A DNA stretch of 64,000 nt, taken from Yuukianura sp. NJ FZ-2021 (taxonomy: Eukaryota). The DNA is taken from positions 5,766,001 through 5,830,000 of the forward strand of contig CM102285.1 of the NCBI GenBank assembly GCA_046563655.1, written 5' to 3'. Shown here piece after piece: positions 52,000 through 64,000 of this stretch (positions are counted from its first letter, which is position 1; each line of letters opens with the position of its first letter). The translations under genes and the position numbers were made by a program. A model generated the notes under the pieces. It saw nothing but the letters and a program-made list of their open reading frames with translations, was not told where the DNA came from and searched no databases.

Positions 52000-54728
52000 T
52001 ATATATGTATATATATATGTTTATAAGAGGGGACTCACTATCTATTGATTAGAATAGTGAGGTCCACGCTGAGCATGCTCATTGGCATATTTCAGACTCT
52101 CCTAGAGAAACAGCGTTACTCTTGCGGGCTGTCCCTCTGCTTTGCCCGGTTTAACCTCCCTGTTTTCACGACATAGTCAAGCAGGGAGGGCAGAGGGATC
52201 GTGGCAAGGTCTTTCTTGTCTAGGAACGGTTTCCCAAACAGAATCAACCTTGTGTGTGCATGGCCTTCACACTCTGCCAGAAAATGATCTCTGCTTTCAT
52301 CCCCTTTCCCACAGGTACTGCAGGTAGGGGAGTCGGCGAGACCGATTTTATGGAGATGCAAGGCTAATAAACAATGTCCGGTTACAATCATAGCTAGGAG
52401 TCGTAACGACCCCCTGCTTAGACCTAGACAGAACTTTGCTGTTTTGTCGCTGAGGGTTCTCAGCATAGTTTTTGAGTCCTTATAATCCTTGCTGATGCTC
52501 CATCTCTTTTCGTGACGCATCTTAGCCCATCTGCTAATGGCAGTATGAACTGTGCGCATCGAAATCGGTAGAGCGGGTGCAGGACCATAGAACGGTATAT
52601 TTGTTGCCTCTTTTGCTAGCACGTCAACAGTCTCATTCCCTTCATACCCGCTGTGAGCTGGTATCCAGTGAACTGTAACTTGTCTAGTGTTAGCTAGGTT
52701 GTTCAATGCGTCAAAACACTCTCTGAGCATGCCCGTTTGCATCCACGGGCTTCTCAGGCTGTCTAGTACGCTCAATGAGTCGACGTAAATATTCGCGGGA
52801 AGCACGTTCCTTTCGAGAATCAGTTTCTCCGCAGCTTTTAGCAAAGCAAAGACTTCCGCCTGGTAAACAGTCGGATGTTCTCCCAGTGCTAGTCTATACT
52901 TCCTTGCAGGTCGGTTGGGGGCTACGATGTAGAACGCTGCTCCCGACCTGCCATCGATGCGTGAACCGTCCGTGAAACAGTTCAGGGCTTCTTTAGGCAG
53001 ACCTTGCTTGGGGTGTTCTGCCCATTGTTCCCTTGAGCATACTTTTATTTCAAAGAATCTCTCGGTGGGTAGAACGTTATGATTCTCGCAGGGGAATCCC
53101 ATTTCTGGTATTTCCACTGCGTTTGATTCACAAATTTGAGCGTGGGTTCGCGTTTTCAGCGCGTTAACCCTTGCTGGTATCCAGTCTCCTGACAGTTTGA
53201 GTCGATACATTGTTCGGACTGCTACTGACTGGAGCTCTATATCCATTGGTCTCAAGTTCAAAAGAGCCTCCATTGCGGCCGTTGGTGTTGATCTCATCAC
53301 GCCAAACGTTGCCAGCAGGGCCGCTCTTTGTACTCGGACTAATGGTTTTATAGTATTTGGTTTACATGCAGCCTCAGTCCAGACCACCGCCCCGTAGGTT
53401 AAGGTTGGCCTCACTACAGCTTTGTAAATCCAATTTGTGTATTTTGGAGAGAGTCCTTGCGTTTTTCCAATAGCGCGTTTGCACTGGGCTAGCGCAATGG
53501 AAGCTGCTGTTGCTCTCCTTTGTATGTGAGTTGTCCATTGTAGCTTGTCATCTAGAGTAACGCCTAGGTAACGTACCACTTTGGAGTATTTAATTTCTAC
53601 CTCCCCAACTGTAAGAGGTATAAGTTTTGTGTTTCGTTTTCTGGTGAACAGAATGGCTTCCGCCTTATCCCCGCATAGACCTAAATCTATGTCTGGGCGG
53701 CAGCACCATTCTAGCACCTTGTTTAATGCCTGTTGCGTAATGCTGACAATAGTGGAATAATCAATCCCCACTTGGAGGAGTCCCAAATCATCAGCAAAAG
53801 CCTGGCTTAGTAGTTGTGGAAATTGCTGGTTTAGTGATACTAACAACTCACTTACCAGCAGAATCCATAGGAGAGGAGAGAGTACTCCGCCTTGTGGGCA
53901 GCCCCTCTCTACGATGCTTTCTGCAGATTCGTCCTGGAGTTCACTGGCTACTGTGCGGGTCATCAGCATGTGCTGGACAACCCGGATGCAGCCGTCGTCC
54001 AGGCCCTCCCTCCGCATTGCAGCAATCATAGAACGAAAAGTCGCATGGCTGAAAGCTCCTTCAATGTCAAGGAGCACTGCCAACGCGTACTGTTGATTGC
54101 GTAATGCTTGCTCTGCAAGACTGACAAATCTGTGCAGCGCAAGCTCAGTCGACGCTCCTCTGAGATACGCACATTGCTTAGCAGCTTTAAGTCTTTCCAC
54201 AATTGTAGGAGACCTAAGGTACCAGTCAATGAGCCGCTCGAGGACTTTTAGAAGAAATGAAGTTAGTGATATCGGCCTCCAAGAGTTAGCCTTACCATAA
54301 CTGTCTTTTCCTGGCTTGGGAATGAAGACGGCCTTGGTTTTCCTCCAACTCAATGGAATATAACCAAAGCGTAAACACGCCCGCATGATTCTGCCCAGTA
54401 TGGGGGTTAACGTCTTTCGTCCTTCAATTAACATTCCCGGAAAAATGTTATCCGGGCCTGCGGCCTTGTATGGACTAAAAGTTTTTAACACCCTGTCAAC
54501 TATGGCGTCGTGTGCCACATCCTTTACGACGGGGCCGTCGATTGGGGTGTGGTCATGTGTAAGCTCCACCTTGTTAGGATCTGGAGGATAATGTTTGTGA
54601 AGAAGATATTTTATCGTCTCCGCCACCCCCTCCGTGTACGATCCGTCTGGGAGTTCAACCGGACCAAGTTTGATCGTCTTTCCTCCCGCTAGGACCCTGT
54701 ACAGCCTGGCGGCTCTAGATTCGATCAA
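52000..54728 (-). mobile_element. 5'-truncated non-LTR retrotransposon (RT + RNase H; LOA/Lian-like, I/R1 group)
   Basis: 870-aa open ORF: KAAGPD, FIPKPGK..RPISLTSFLLK.LERL, LDIEGAF, GCPQGGVLSPLLW, FADD, YLGV, RNase H FTDGS and HWIPAHSG..GNE, C-terminal CxxC..H..C. (TA)n tail near 52000-52020. No endonuclease. Confidence 0.93.
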
Positions 54729-54902
54729 GCAACAAACAATTTTTTTTTACCCTACTAAGTAAGAACTTTTTTTTTCAAAAGTAATACCGTAAATCTTCAA
54801 ATAATGCCCCATGTCCTATTAGTGCCCCTCTCCGACGGTTTTATTTTGTCTGCCTACATCGTGTGTAATCGTATAATTTTGTATTCTGAATTGCCATTTG
54901 CC

Positions 54903-54972
54903 AAATGGTATATGAAAATAGAAATGGTATATGTTTGAAAAATAGAAATGGTATATGTTTGAAAAATAGAAA
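54903..54972. repeat. Tandem repeat of a roughly 24-bp unit, 3 copies
   Basis: aaatggtatatg(ttt)gaaaaatag repeated. Confidence 0.85.
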
Positions 54973-55221
54973 TTCAAACCAAGCTGCGTGTACTTGCTGG
55001 GGCTTCGCCGCAGACCTGTTGGTCTGTTATTATTTTTTAACATATCATCAATTATTGTTTTCTAAAAGTAATACGCTTCAAGGTAAAAAGCTACATTACA
55101 TTTTAGATAGCTTTAGAGGTAGCTCTGCAACCTAAAAATTTGAGATTAAACAAATCCATTAGGAACAATTCCGGAATTACCTCTCACCCGTAACTTCTCA
55201 TTAGTTAGTATATAACAGATT

Positions 55222-56712
55222 TTAAAAGTTACGATAGTAGAGGATAAATGTGATTGTATTGTTTGCAATGGCATCAACAATTATGAAAATGCTCATATAT
55301 GAAATAGTGTACACGTGACCGCCTTCTACTTTGCATGGATGGATCGCTTTCAAGGATTTTCTGTAGTACAACTTTCGCTCCTTACGCAGCCTACCGTTCC
55401 AAGCCAAATTTTGGCGCCATTTTTCAATCCACTTTTCCGACTTGGTGCGAATGGAAGCCGCGTTGAGATAAAATCTAAGCGTGCCCAGGAGACTACACAA
55501 TGCAAAGAGCATTAGACTAATTGCCAGCACGGCCGATTCTTTTTCTACAACGCTGAATCCAAATGCCATTGTGACATTTACCATTCCAATCAATGTTAAA
55601 AGTGCAATGATTTTGTTGTGAGCGATATTGAACAGACCAATCAGGATGCGGAGACAGTTGAATCGTGATAGGTTAAAGGTAGTACATTCCAGCACATGAT
55701 TGGATAGCACCGAGTACGACATAACAAAAATTGACATTTGCGCAATTGCAGTATATACTTTCACTAATGAGAAATATACTGCCCATCCACCGACAAGTTC
55801 GCTCACTATTGCAAAAAAACTGACGACATTATGAGGAAGTGGAATAAAAGGGAAAAAAACCTTGTTCAAAATTTTGACAACTAAAAGTGCATCGTTGTGG
55901 TAGAGAATTAGAGAGGCAAGCATGACCACATTCAAAAAGCCAAACCACGTTACATCGATCCACAGCATTTTTGAAAAGTTTGTTGTCAGTAGGTCACTCC
56001 AATAGCTTTTCGTTTCTGAAAATTTCAAAAAAAAAAAGTTTTCATTGAAAATTCCAAGTATAGAAGATGTGAACATTATTTCTAACACAGAAAATGGTCA
56101 TGTTTGAGTTCGAAAGTCCGAACTTGAAGTAACTAGTGAGCATCAGCTAAAAGAGTACACTCATATTTTGTTTCCATACAAACGAGTTAAAACTTATATA
56201 AACATAAGGGGAACGCAAATTCGAAATTGAAAATTTAGTTCTGTTATGAAGGAATTTTGCAAATGCGTTACTTCACTCGTATCCAATCCACAGTTTCGAA
56301 ATTAAACAAATAACTGACTTTTGCGTTATAATATTACAATCCTATTATATATTTTTAAAAATTATCAACCTTTGTCTGAAATGATAGCATAATGAATGGA
56401 ATTGAGCACTTGTAGACGTTCTAGTGCGTTCGCATTGCCTGTAATGTCAAATACGAGAACCATTACTGCAATAGGGATTAAAAAATGAACAAATTTTTCC
56501 GCAGATGAACTGAACTCAAAGCGTTTAAATAGAATGTATACGATGATACTGCTAAGTACGAAACAAAAGTCGGCAAAAATCCAAAACCGATACATTAGAT
56601 TGTACTTTAGTGAAGTATCAATTTTTCCTGTTTTAGTTCCATTTCGTGAAAATTTGAGTGGAGAGTTATACGTAATGTTCGAAAAGTTCAAAATTTGGTA
56701 GTACAATTCCAT
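55222..56712 (-). CDS. 7TM chemoreceptor-like protein (GR/OR-like), 2 exons, apparently intact
   Basis: Exons 56712-56370 and 56015-55222 join through a phase-1 GT-AG intron. Multiple TM helices. C-terminal 'KSLKAIHP...IANNTITFIL'. Confidence 0.75.
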
Positions 56713-57725
56713 GTTCACCTCAGTTTTACTCCTGCGGACAAAATTGCAAACCGAAAAGTAAAAAAAAAACTTCAGTTTTTGTCCTTTAAAATGAAAGCTT
56801 AGAACTGTCCTTGATCTTATTATCTTAGATTCCAACTTCAGTTTTCAATTTACAAAATTATATGACAGAACATACGGAACTATACACATCATGTTATTTC
56901 TAGTTAGGTTAATATTTGCAAAATAGGTGTCATCATTTTGTGTGGAAATTCCAGATATTCAAAAAAACGATGACAACTTTTTTTTTCACAAATAAGCTAA
57001 ATTAGTGCATCCTATTTGGTGTTTTACAATTTAAATATGCAAAACCTTTTTAAGAATTTTCTTCCTACTTCGAAAACGGGCGGGACGTTAAGTTCGCCTT
57101 GCCTCTCATTTTTTTTTAAAACGTTCTATTTGGAAACTGTTTAAGTTTCCAAGAACTTACAAAAGTGTTTCCTATATTGATGAACAACTTCTAAACAAAA
57201 TCGTAGTTTTAGCCTTAAAATGCCATGTACCAAGTGTTCCATGTGTTGAAGCACTTTTTAATAGAAAGTGAACAAACTTATTAAAAAATATGTAGTTTGG
57301 ATCATCCGGTATCACATTGATATTATTTAGAAATGTAAATAAGATAAAATTTGATTAAAATAAAAAATGTTATAAGTTATTGTAAGCTAAATATTTAAAT
57401 TGGCTGGATAGTCATGCAGTGGCATAAGTGTGGTTATTGAACCAAGCAACAGAGTTTCGAAATCATAAAGACAAATGACAGAGATAGAAACCAGAAATTG
57501 AATTATTAATTTCGAATTCTTATTGAAATTCTAACTTTCAGAGTTACTATGAATTGAAACCAAATGAAATTCAATGCGACTTTGAAAGACTAATGAGAAA
57601 ATAGAAACATTTAAAATCAAAGACGGCAAATGTATTTTATTGACAAAATTACATTTTTCTTGTGAATCAACTGTAAGCTATGATTGATTAAGCTAATATT
57701 TTAAACTATTTTAAACTTTTTAAAA

Positions 57726-58528
57726 TTAAACACTCAAAATCATAAATGTTTTTGTGGAGTTCGGCCGACCTGCACTATGTTTTAATATTTTGCTTAATTT
57801 AAGATTCTGTTGTTCAGGAGTTGCAGCTGAATTTGAATTTAAATTTCCCGCCGTTTGCCATTTTGAAATTGCTTCAAACGGATGAAGGAGTTGAATCACA
57901 TTGAGAGTCACGGATGAGGAATACCAAAATGAGTTCCTCAGCAATGGCCAAGGTCACGGTGAGCCATGGGGGGAGAACATAGGCCAACCAGAAGCCAATT
58001 GACATGGCAACTGTGTCGCAGATGCTGTTTAGAATACTGTCTCCGTTGTATCCATTGGCCAATGCAGTGGCTCTGTAACGCTCAATCACCCAAGGAGAGT
58101 TTTCAATCACTTCCCAAGCAGTGCACCAATGAAAAACGCTTTGACTCCAACGTCAGCCAATGGGAAGAGAGCTACTATTCCAGCAGCCACTCCATAGAAA
58201 ATGGCTCCTTGAAGTACATGGCTGAAAGTGTACCAGTCGGAAATTTGTTGCGAATTTTCTGGTATTTCCCTCCCACAGTTTGATTTTCCCGCTCTTTGAT
58301 ATGATTGGTTGTCCCATGACGAATAGAATGAAAGCATGGAGAAATATGATGTAGGCGATGATGGCACCAAAGGCGAAGTTATTTGAAAAAAATATATAAA
58401 CTTCCCGGGCAGTTTCACTCTGTTCAAAAGTTGAGTTTGCGCCGTATGAACTTTTTTCGGTCAATTTTGAAGACTCGTCGATGATTTGCTGATTTGAAGC
58501 TCCGGCGCTCAGAGTATCATCATGTTCC
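57726..58528 (-). pseudogene. DUF2585/UPF0314-family membrane protein of bacterial type, frameshifted
   Basis: MGQPII..G.IKLWEG; ENSQQISDWYTFSH; WEVIENSPWVIERYR; GYNGDSILNS; IRD..TLNVIQL..P..AI..WQ, spread over successive frames. Splice acceptor at about 58529. Confidence 0.8.
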
Positions 58529-59974
58529 TGTAAAAACAGAAAATTTGGAATATTTTGAAAATTTTTGAGGAAATGAACAATTTTTGCAAAATAATATATT
58601 TTTTCTTCTCCAAAATAAAACTTTTAATAAAAAAAAAGTAGAAAGTAAAAACATGATTAAACAAATAATTTTTTTTTGTTTTTCAATTATTTTTTTTTGG
58701 AAAACGGCGAAAACTTATTACAAAACCTCTGATGTGACTTGACCTAAGCAAAATTTACTCGTTCAACTTGATCCTTTACTAAAGTTTGACCTGACCTTTG
58801 ACCTGATTAGTTTAATTCTCAACTTGTATTAAATTTTACCTTAGTCGATGGTCCAAGGTTTTGGCAAGTTATGAATGGATTGAAGTTTGAAAAAATTAAA
58901 TACGTCAGGATTCCTCGGATCCCCATGTCCTACAAATTCAAAAAAAAATCCCCCTCAAGTCAAAAGTTCTACTCACACCAACATATTTGTTGGGTGTGTT
59001 TCAAAAACCTACAAAAAATCAAACACCGATTTGTTTATTACCACTTTGAGCACTGCATGTCTCAACTCCATTTTCATGAAATTCCAATGCAAACAGTGAA
59101 AAAATGACCTTTTCAAAATGAAACCTGTAAACAAAGTTCAAAATAGAAACTAAAGGAGCACAAAGTGTAATTTTAGCCTACTGCACCTCAACACCAAAAC
59201 ATTCTTGGTGTCCTGACTTACCAACAGGAACTTGAACTTACTCTGCTTTTAGCAGAGTGTAGCAACACTAACACAAAAGATAAAGAGAGGGATAGCCAAT
59301 AGTGGCCAAAATTTGACTTTTAAGTTAGAACTGTGGGAACTGCAAGTTTAATACTAAAATGTCAACCACAAACACAATTATGCACAGCCACAAGAGGAAG
59401 AAATGGACATGAAATGAAGTACAAAAACCCGATTCAGATATTTTCGCGAATAAGCGATTCAGCAATTCGGGCACCCCTTTGAATCGCCTGCGCGATGCAT
59501 CGCGGATTCATCGCCCTAATCTAAACATATACCGAAAGCCTATTTTCAACTGCCGGAATTATTTATAAACTTGCGTTTCTTAACTGAAATGTGCGTTCTT
59601 TGAACTTTGACTATGAGTAGCTAAATAGTTTAGGATTTACTAAATAGTTATTTAGGCGAAAATTCATCTTTCCGAAAGAAATAAATTTAAAACTCTCGGA
59701 ATTCACTTAAAAGTTGAGATTTTAATGAATCGCCCAAGAATCTTCCGAATCGCGATTCTTTGGTCTCAAAAAATGGCTAAAAGTGACGTGTAAGTGAGAA
59801 TTGCAGCGAAGAACTTCAAATTCAAGGGATCGGATTGGTGGAGACATAGACAATAGTTTGATTTGAGTTCGTATAGTTCATTTCCATCTGCCAATGCCAA
59901 TGTGGTATGCTCAAACCAAGTTTGACATAGAGTCTTATGCTGACATCTACAGCCTCTAGTTCCATTTTCCAGTT

Positions 59975-60120
59975 CCTGTCGACACTGGCACAGCTAAGGC
60001 CGGCACTGGCACAACAGGAATGGAAATGGAGTTAATTTGGTTGAGGGACAGTTAATTGGCTAGCGGTTTCTCGGTACCTGTCGTGCCAGTGCCAGCGTTA
60101 GCTGTGCCAGTGTCGACAGG
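59975..60120. mobile_element. Small foldback/MITE
   Basis: About 44-bp imperfect inverted arms: cctgtcgacactggcacagctaa.../...ttagctgtgccagtgtcgacagg. Confidence 0.75.
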
Positions 60121-61746
60121 CCCTGGGGAAGATTCCCTGGCTCTTCGGGTGGTCACTTAAGGACTTTAGTGGTATGGACATACAGCGACTCAAACCAAAT
60201 GTAAAAAATATCCATATCGCCGTCCACAAATGGCAGTTCATAAGAATACAAGCGATGATGTATAAAATCTATAAGTGTCTGGCAACGCCACTGGACTCGT
60301 CACTTGAATCATGTTTGGTTTAGGTTTAGTTTTAACACTAGAGAAACCGGGGCACTAACTTTTACTTCATTTTTTTGGCAAATTTGACAATTTGAGTGCA
60401 TTTAGTAGTTCCCGCGAGTCCCTTGAAGCTGCGCGTTCTCTTGTTCAAGTTGTTTTTGTTTACCAAAAAAAAAACAGCAAAATTTAAAAAAGCAAACTCG
60501 AAATGCGCATGCTTGCTGGTTTTGCTTTAAAAGCAAAAAAAAAGCAAGCAAAAAAAGCATCTGCTTTAAAGCACCGCGGAACAATGCTTGCCAGTGACAT
60601 GAGCAATGTGTTAGTTCTAATACTGCGACAGAGCAACGAAAACTACCGACCCGGAAACAACTGATTGCGAACGAAGGGCGAAGCGGAAACGTACGTCGAA
60701 AAGATTGGATTTCTCTCCGTCTCGATCTCCATCTCCTCAGAAACGACGACAGTTCCAGTGGCAACGGTCAACCAAAATACACCACTCCGGATCGGAATTT
60801 CGGTAAGCAACAGTATTATGACTTATAATGTTTCCACATTCCACTAAAACGTTAACGTTAATGTTGGTTGCACTTCTATCCTGGAATTCGAATCTAAAAT
60901 TAGTTCTAAAAGATAAATTCGTCAGTCTTATGTGTTACTTCATGGATTGCATATTTCTTTTTATGTGTATGTGGATTGACGAAAAAGCAATCGACACAAA
61001 CCACGTCTAAAACATTGAGTCAAACCTTGTCTGACCGTACCACTACTTCAACAGTTGCAGAGGCAACAGTAACTCGAACGGAATTTGAACAATTTAAGCA
61101 GGAGGTATTCGCTAAGCTGGACGTGAGTTACCACTAATTTAATAAAACAATCACTGGGAGCACTATTATTTTAAGTCAATTTTAAATTAATTTTAAATCT
61201 GGTTTTGTTTTATGTATTAGATTTTACCAAGAGTTCCATGCGAAATACAATTGATGTAAAAGACGACTTACAACAGCTGATTTTACAAAGCGGTAACCAA
61301 TCAAACGATCGTTTGGATTTTGAACAAATCCCAGGACTTCCACTAGTCGACGAGACTCAGTTTATAGAACTGAATTTGTGGTTAGCGGCTGAACCTAACT
61401 TCAGCACATTCGTTATGCAATTAATTATTTAGTTTTGGAATTAAATTTTTAATAAAATTATATATAAAAAAAAGTATTAGTTTTCAATGTGATTTATTTT
61501 GGGGCCAATTATGGAATAAAAGAAGAATGTTTACTTGGGCCAAGATTGGGGTTTTACCAGAAACACTATTTTGCCTAACCTGGGCCATAATTAGGCAGGA
61601 GTGGCCCAAGTGCGGGCTATTACAGGCCGCAGTCACGGGCCGAACTTGGGTCAGAATCTTGTCCCCTTCTTGCGCCGCGCGACATTTCCATACTTTTTTT
61701 TTTTTTTTTGAATGGGTACAAGAGGTAGTCCCCCCTAAGGGCCTTA

Positions 61747-62759
61747 AGCGCCCCGCTCACCAAAGTGAAACGACAGCCGCCGACTGTCGTCGCCACTTTT
61801 TCGTCTGACTTTGGGCCAGCACACTGCCCAAAAAGTGAGACGACAACTTTCGTCTCAGAAAGTGAGACGAAAAGTTTCGTCTCACTTTGACTCATGACAC
61901 CCGCACACCGGGAGTCAAGTCGCGCGACAACTTTCGGCTGACAGAAGTGAAAAGAATTTTTTCTTTTCACTTTCGTCGTCGCAACCAGCACACTGCCGAG
62001 AGAAACCCTTTCGGCGGCCAGAATTTTGTCTTTTCGGAAAGTTGAACTTTTTCAACTTCCGAGACGAAAGTTGTCGGCGCCACTTTTTCTGTGCATACCT
62101 CACACCAGACGAGAAGCAATACTTTGGAACCTTTTGCTGCTTTCAGTCAAAGAAGCGCATTATACCAATTATCATGATAGAAATTATGCTCATCCCTCTT
62201 CATATGGAGAATACTAGAGATTCAAAGATACGAAAATGTTTATAATTAGTGTAAGTGTAAATAATTAATTAACCTATAACTTAATTAGAGCTATAAATGC
62301 TTCTGTAACCCCTTTTGGACTAAAACTGCAGCACAATTCGTCAGTTTAGGTACAAAAGGTTTACATTGATGACATCCATAAGCTACATAGCTATAGTAGC
62401 ATAGCTCTATGCTCTTTTGCTAATCAGCATATGTAATCAAGTTTGTAAACAAACCTTATTTTTGAATTTCTGAAAATGGCGCCAATCTATGGAAGACAGG
62501 CATTGAGACATACAGCACACCAAGTGAAACGAAAGTTGGCCGCCGAACGTCGGCGCTACTTTTTCGTTTCACTTTGGCAGTGTGCTGTGTGGAGAGAAAA
62601 AGTGGAGACGAAAAAAGTTCTGCTCCAAAAGTGGCACCGACGCGCCGTCGTTTGAGTCACGGCAGTGTGCTGTACTCAGATTCTGAAAAGACAAAGTAGA
62701 GCCGACAAATCGTCGTCGCCACTTTTTCGGGCCGAAAGTTTGGTGAGCGGGAAGCTTTA
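61747..62759. mobile_element. Non-autonomous TIR element (PIF/Harbinger-like ends)
   Basis: Left 'cccgctcaccaaa' is inverted relative to right 'tttggtgagcggg'. TTAA/TTTA flanks. Internal repeats 'caccaa(a)gtgaaacga' and 'cgtcgccacttttt'. Confidence 0.6.
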
Positions 62760-63069
62760 CACTACTTCGCGTTGTGAGTTGCTTACTATCTTTCCATTCG
62801 GCTAGAGAAGGTGACTCTAGGTATTAGGAAAAACACATCGGGAAAAACGCTAATACAAAGTTGATAAGCAAGGCAACTCGGGACGTCACTTTACAGTTAC
62901 GTTACATATGCTGATGAGAAAGGCAGGTCCACTGCTTGTTTTTACGGAGAGTTTACAGCTCACCAACCTCATGGGAACAGACTCATCAGCATGGAATGAA
63001 ATTGAAAGGGAATAAGGAAATTGCAAATTCCTTATGCTCATAGGCAATTTTTCATTCACTTTTTTTATT

Positions 63070-63151
63070 GCGAGTGACCGACAGGATTCGATCTCACAGA
63101 CAGGCAAATGGCAGAATAGAGACTCGTACCACTGCGCTACCAAGGCTCGCC
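63070..63151 (-). repeat. tRNA-derived SINE-like head
   Basis: Minus strand carries A-box-like TAGCGCAGTGG and B-box-like GATCGAATCC. No convincing cloverleaf. Confidence 0.5.
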
Positions 63152-63564
63152 CACTTGGGGCAAACATTTGCCAAGCCTTGGCCCATTACATTTTAGTCCA
63201 AACCTTGCAGCTTGGGTTCTAATGTAATCAAATCAAGGTCAGACTATTCTTATTTCAATTTTTATCTAGTTAATAAGTCGTTAGATTAGTAACCTAATCT
63301 TCCTGCTTCTTTATTCTTACACCCAAATTAGAAAGTCGTTCTCATTTGGGGAACCTTACCACCTTCATATTCATTGCTTTTTGCTATCTGCAAGATCTAA
63401 TCAAAAGACTCAACTTTAGTAGTAATTGACTTTTTTGAATTATTGGTATGCACAGAAAGTTATAAAATGTACTCAGTTTGGAACACTCAGCACATTTTTT
63501 TCTGAAGAACTGAGAAAGCGAAACTTTTAAGAAAAAATGCATGAAAGTAGTAGATCTGGTAATA

Positions 63565-63646
63565 TTAGCAGCAAAATTCAAAATATCAAATTCATTGCTA
63601 AATATACAAGTTTTACGGGCAGCCTAGGAATTGTGCCGTTCAGGTT
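63565..63646 (+). pseudogene. Start of chemoreceptor-like copy C, interrupted by an insertion
   Basis: 'aaaattcaaaatatc...ggcagccta..attgtgccgttcaggtt' matches copies A and B. Confidence 0.7.
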
Positions 63647-64000
63647 TGTAAGGGTCAACCAGGTCAAGGGGTCACTTTGAATAAGTGCCCTACCCGATTG
63701 ACCACTTAGCGAAGGAGCGTGGTCACCAGGCGCTAAAAAGGCCTAATTGAATGAGAGGACGAATTTTTACAGTGTAAGCTTGGAGGTCCCTTTAGGGCAC
63801 TTCAAATAAACTTAAGAAAAATTGAAGTTACTTTTGCAATTTAAAAAGATTTTGAATTCCGGTCAGCAGACCCACTTCGTCGCCTTGGGTCAGTCGCAAC
63901 TGCCATTATGTCTGCGGCGCGGAGTGGACGCTGAAAGGGCGCACCTATGAAATCCAAGGGCCCACTTAAATGTACGCCCCACCTCCTTCGGTCAGTCGCA
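63647..64000. mobile_element. Probable LTR or other insertion, running off the window
   Basis: Begins TGTAAG exactly where homology to the receptor stops. Higher GC and an internal repeat 'ggtcagtcgca'. Confidence 0.5.

Noticed and set aside
60690..61430. Exon-like fragments (VTRTEFEQFKQEVFAKLD; GLPLVDETQFIELNLWL), possibly a transposon-associated gene
   Set aside because: No consistent gene model or confident family assignment by eye.
63070..63151. Possible tRNA gene
   Set aside because: A and B boxes are present but there is no convincing acceptor or anticodon stem. Better explained as a SINE head.

Overview
AT-rich, intron-containing animal DNA, rich in transposons. The divergent ionotropic and gustatory-type receptors and the F-box/LRR remnants suggest an arthropod, possibly a springtail (inference only). 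Host genes: a cluster of 7TM chemoreceptor-like genes and pseudogenes, one intact and one broken divergent ionotropic receptor, a GT64/EXTL2-like glycosyltransferase, a decayed peptide GPCR, F-box/LRR pseudogenes and a coiled-coil gene. Mobile DNA: two deleted BEL/Pao elements, a solo LTR, a pogo-type remnant, a 5'-truncated RT-RNase H LINE and many MITEs. Three things stand out. (1) A full-length Ty1/copia element (4089-11427; 382-bp LTRs, AAAAT TSD) whose RNase H runs in frame into a class I fusion-glycoprotein-like envelope, and which carries two tandem aspartic protease domains. (2) A spliced multi-exon gene (32790-35631) encoding a CRESS ssDNA-virus-type Rep SF3 helicase with an apparently inactivated HUH-like N-terminus. 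(3) A bacterial-type DUF2585/UPF0314 gene with an intron acceptor, now frameshifted. All family calls come from motif recognition by eye, not database searches.
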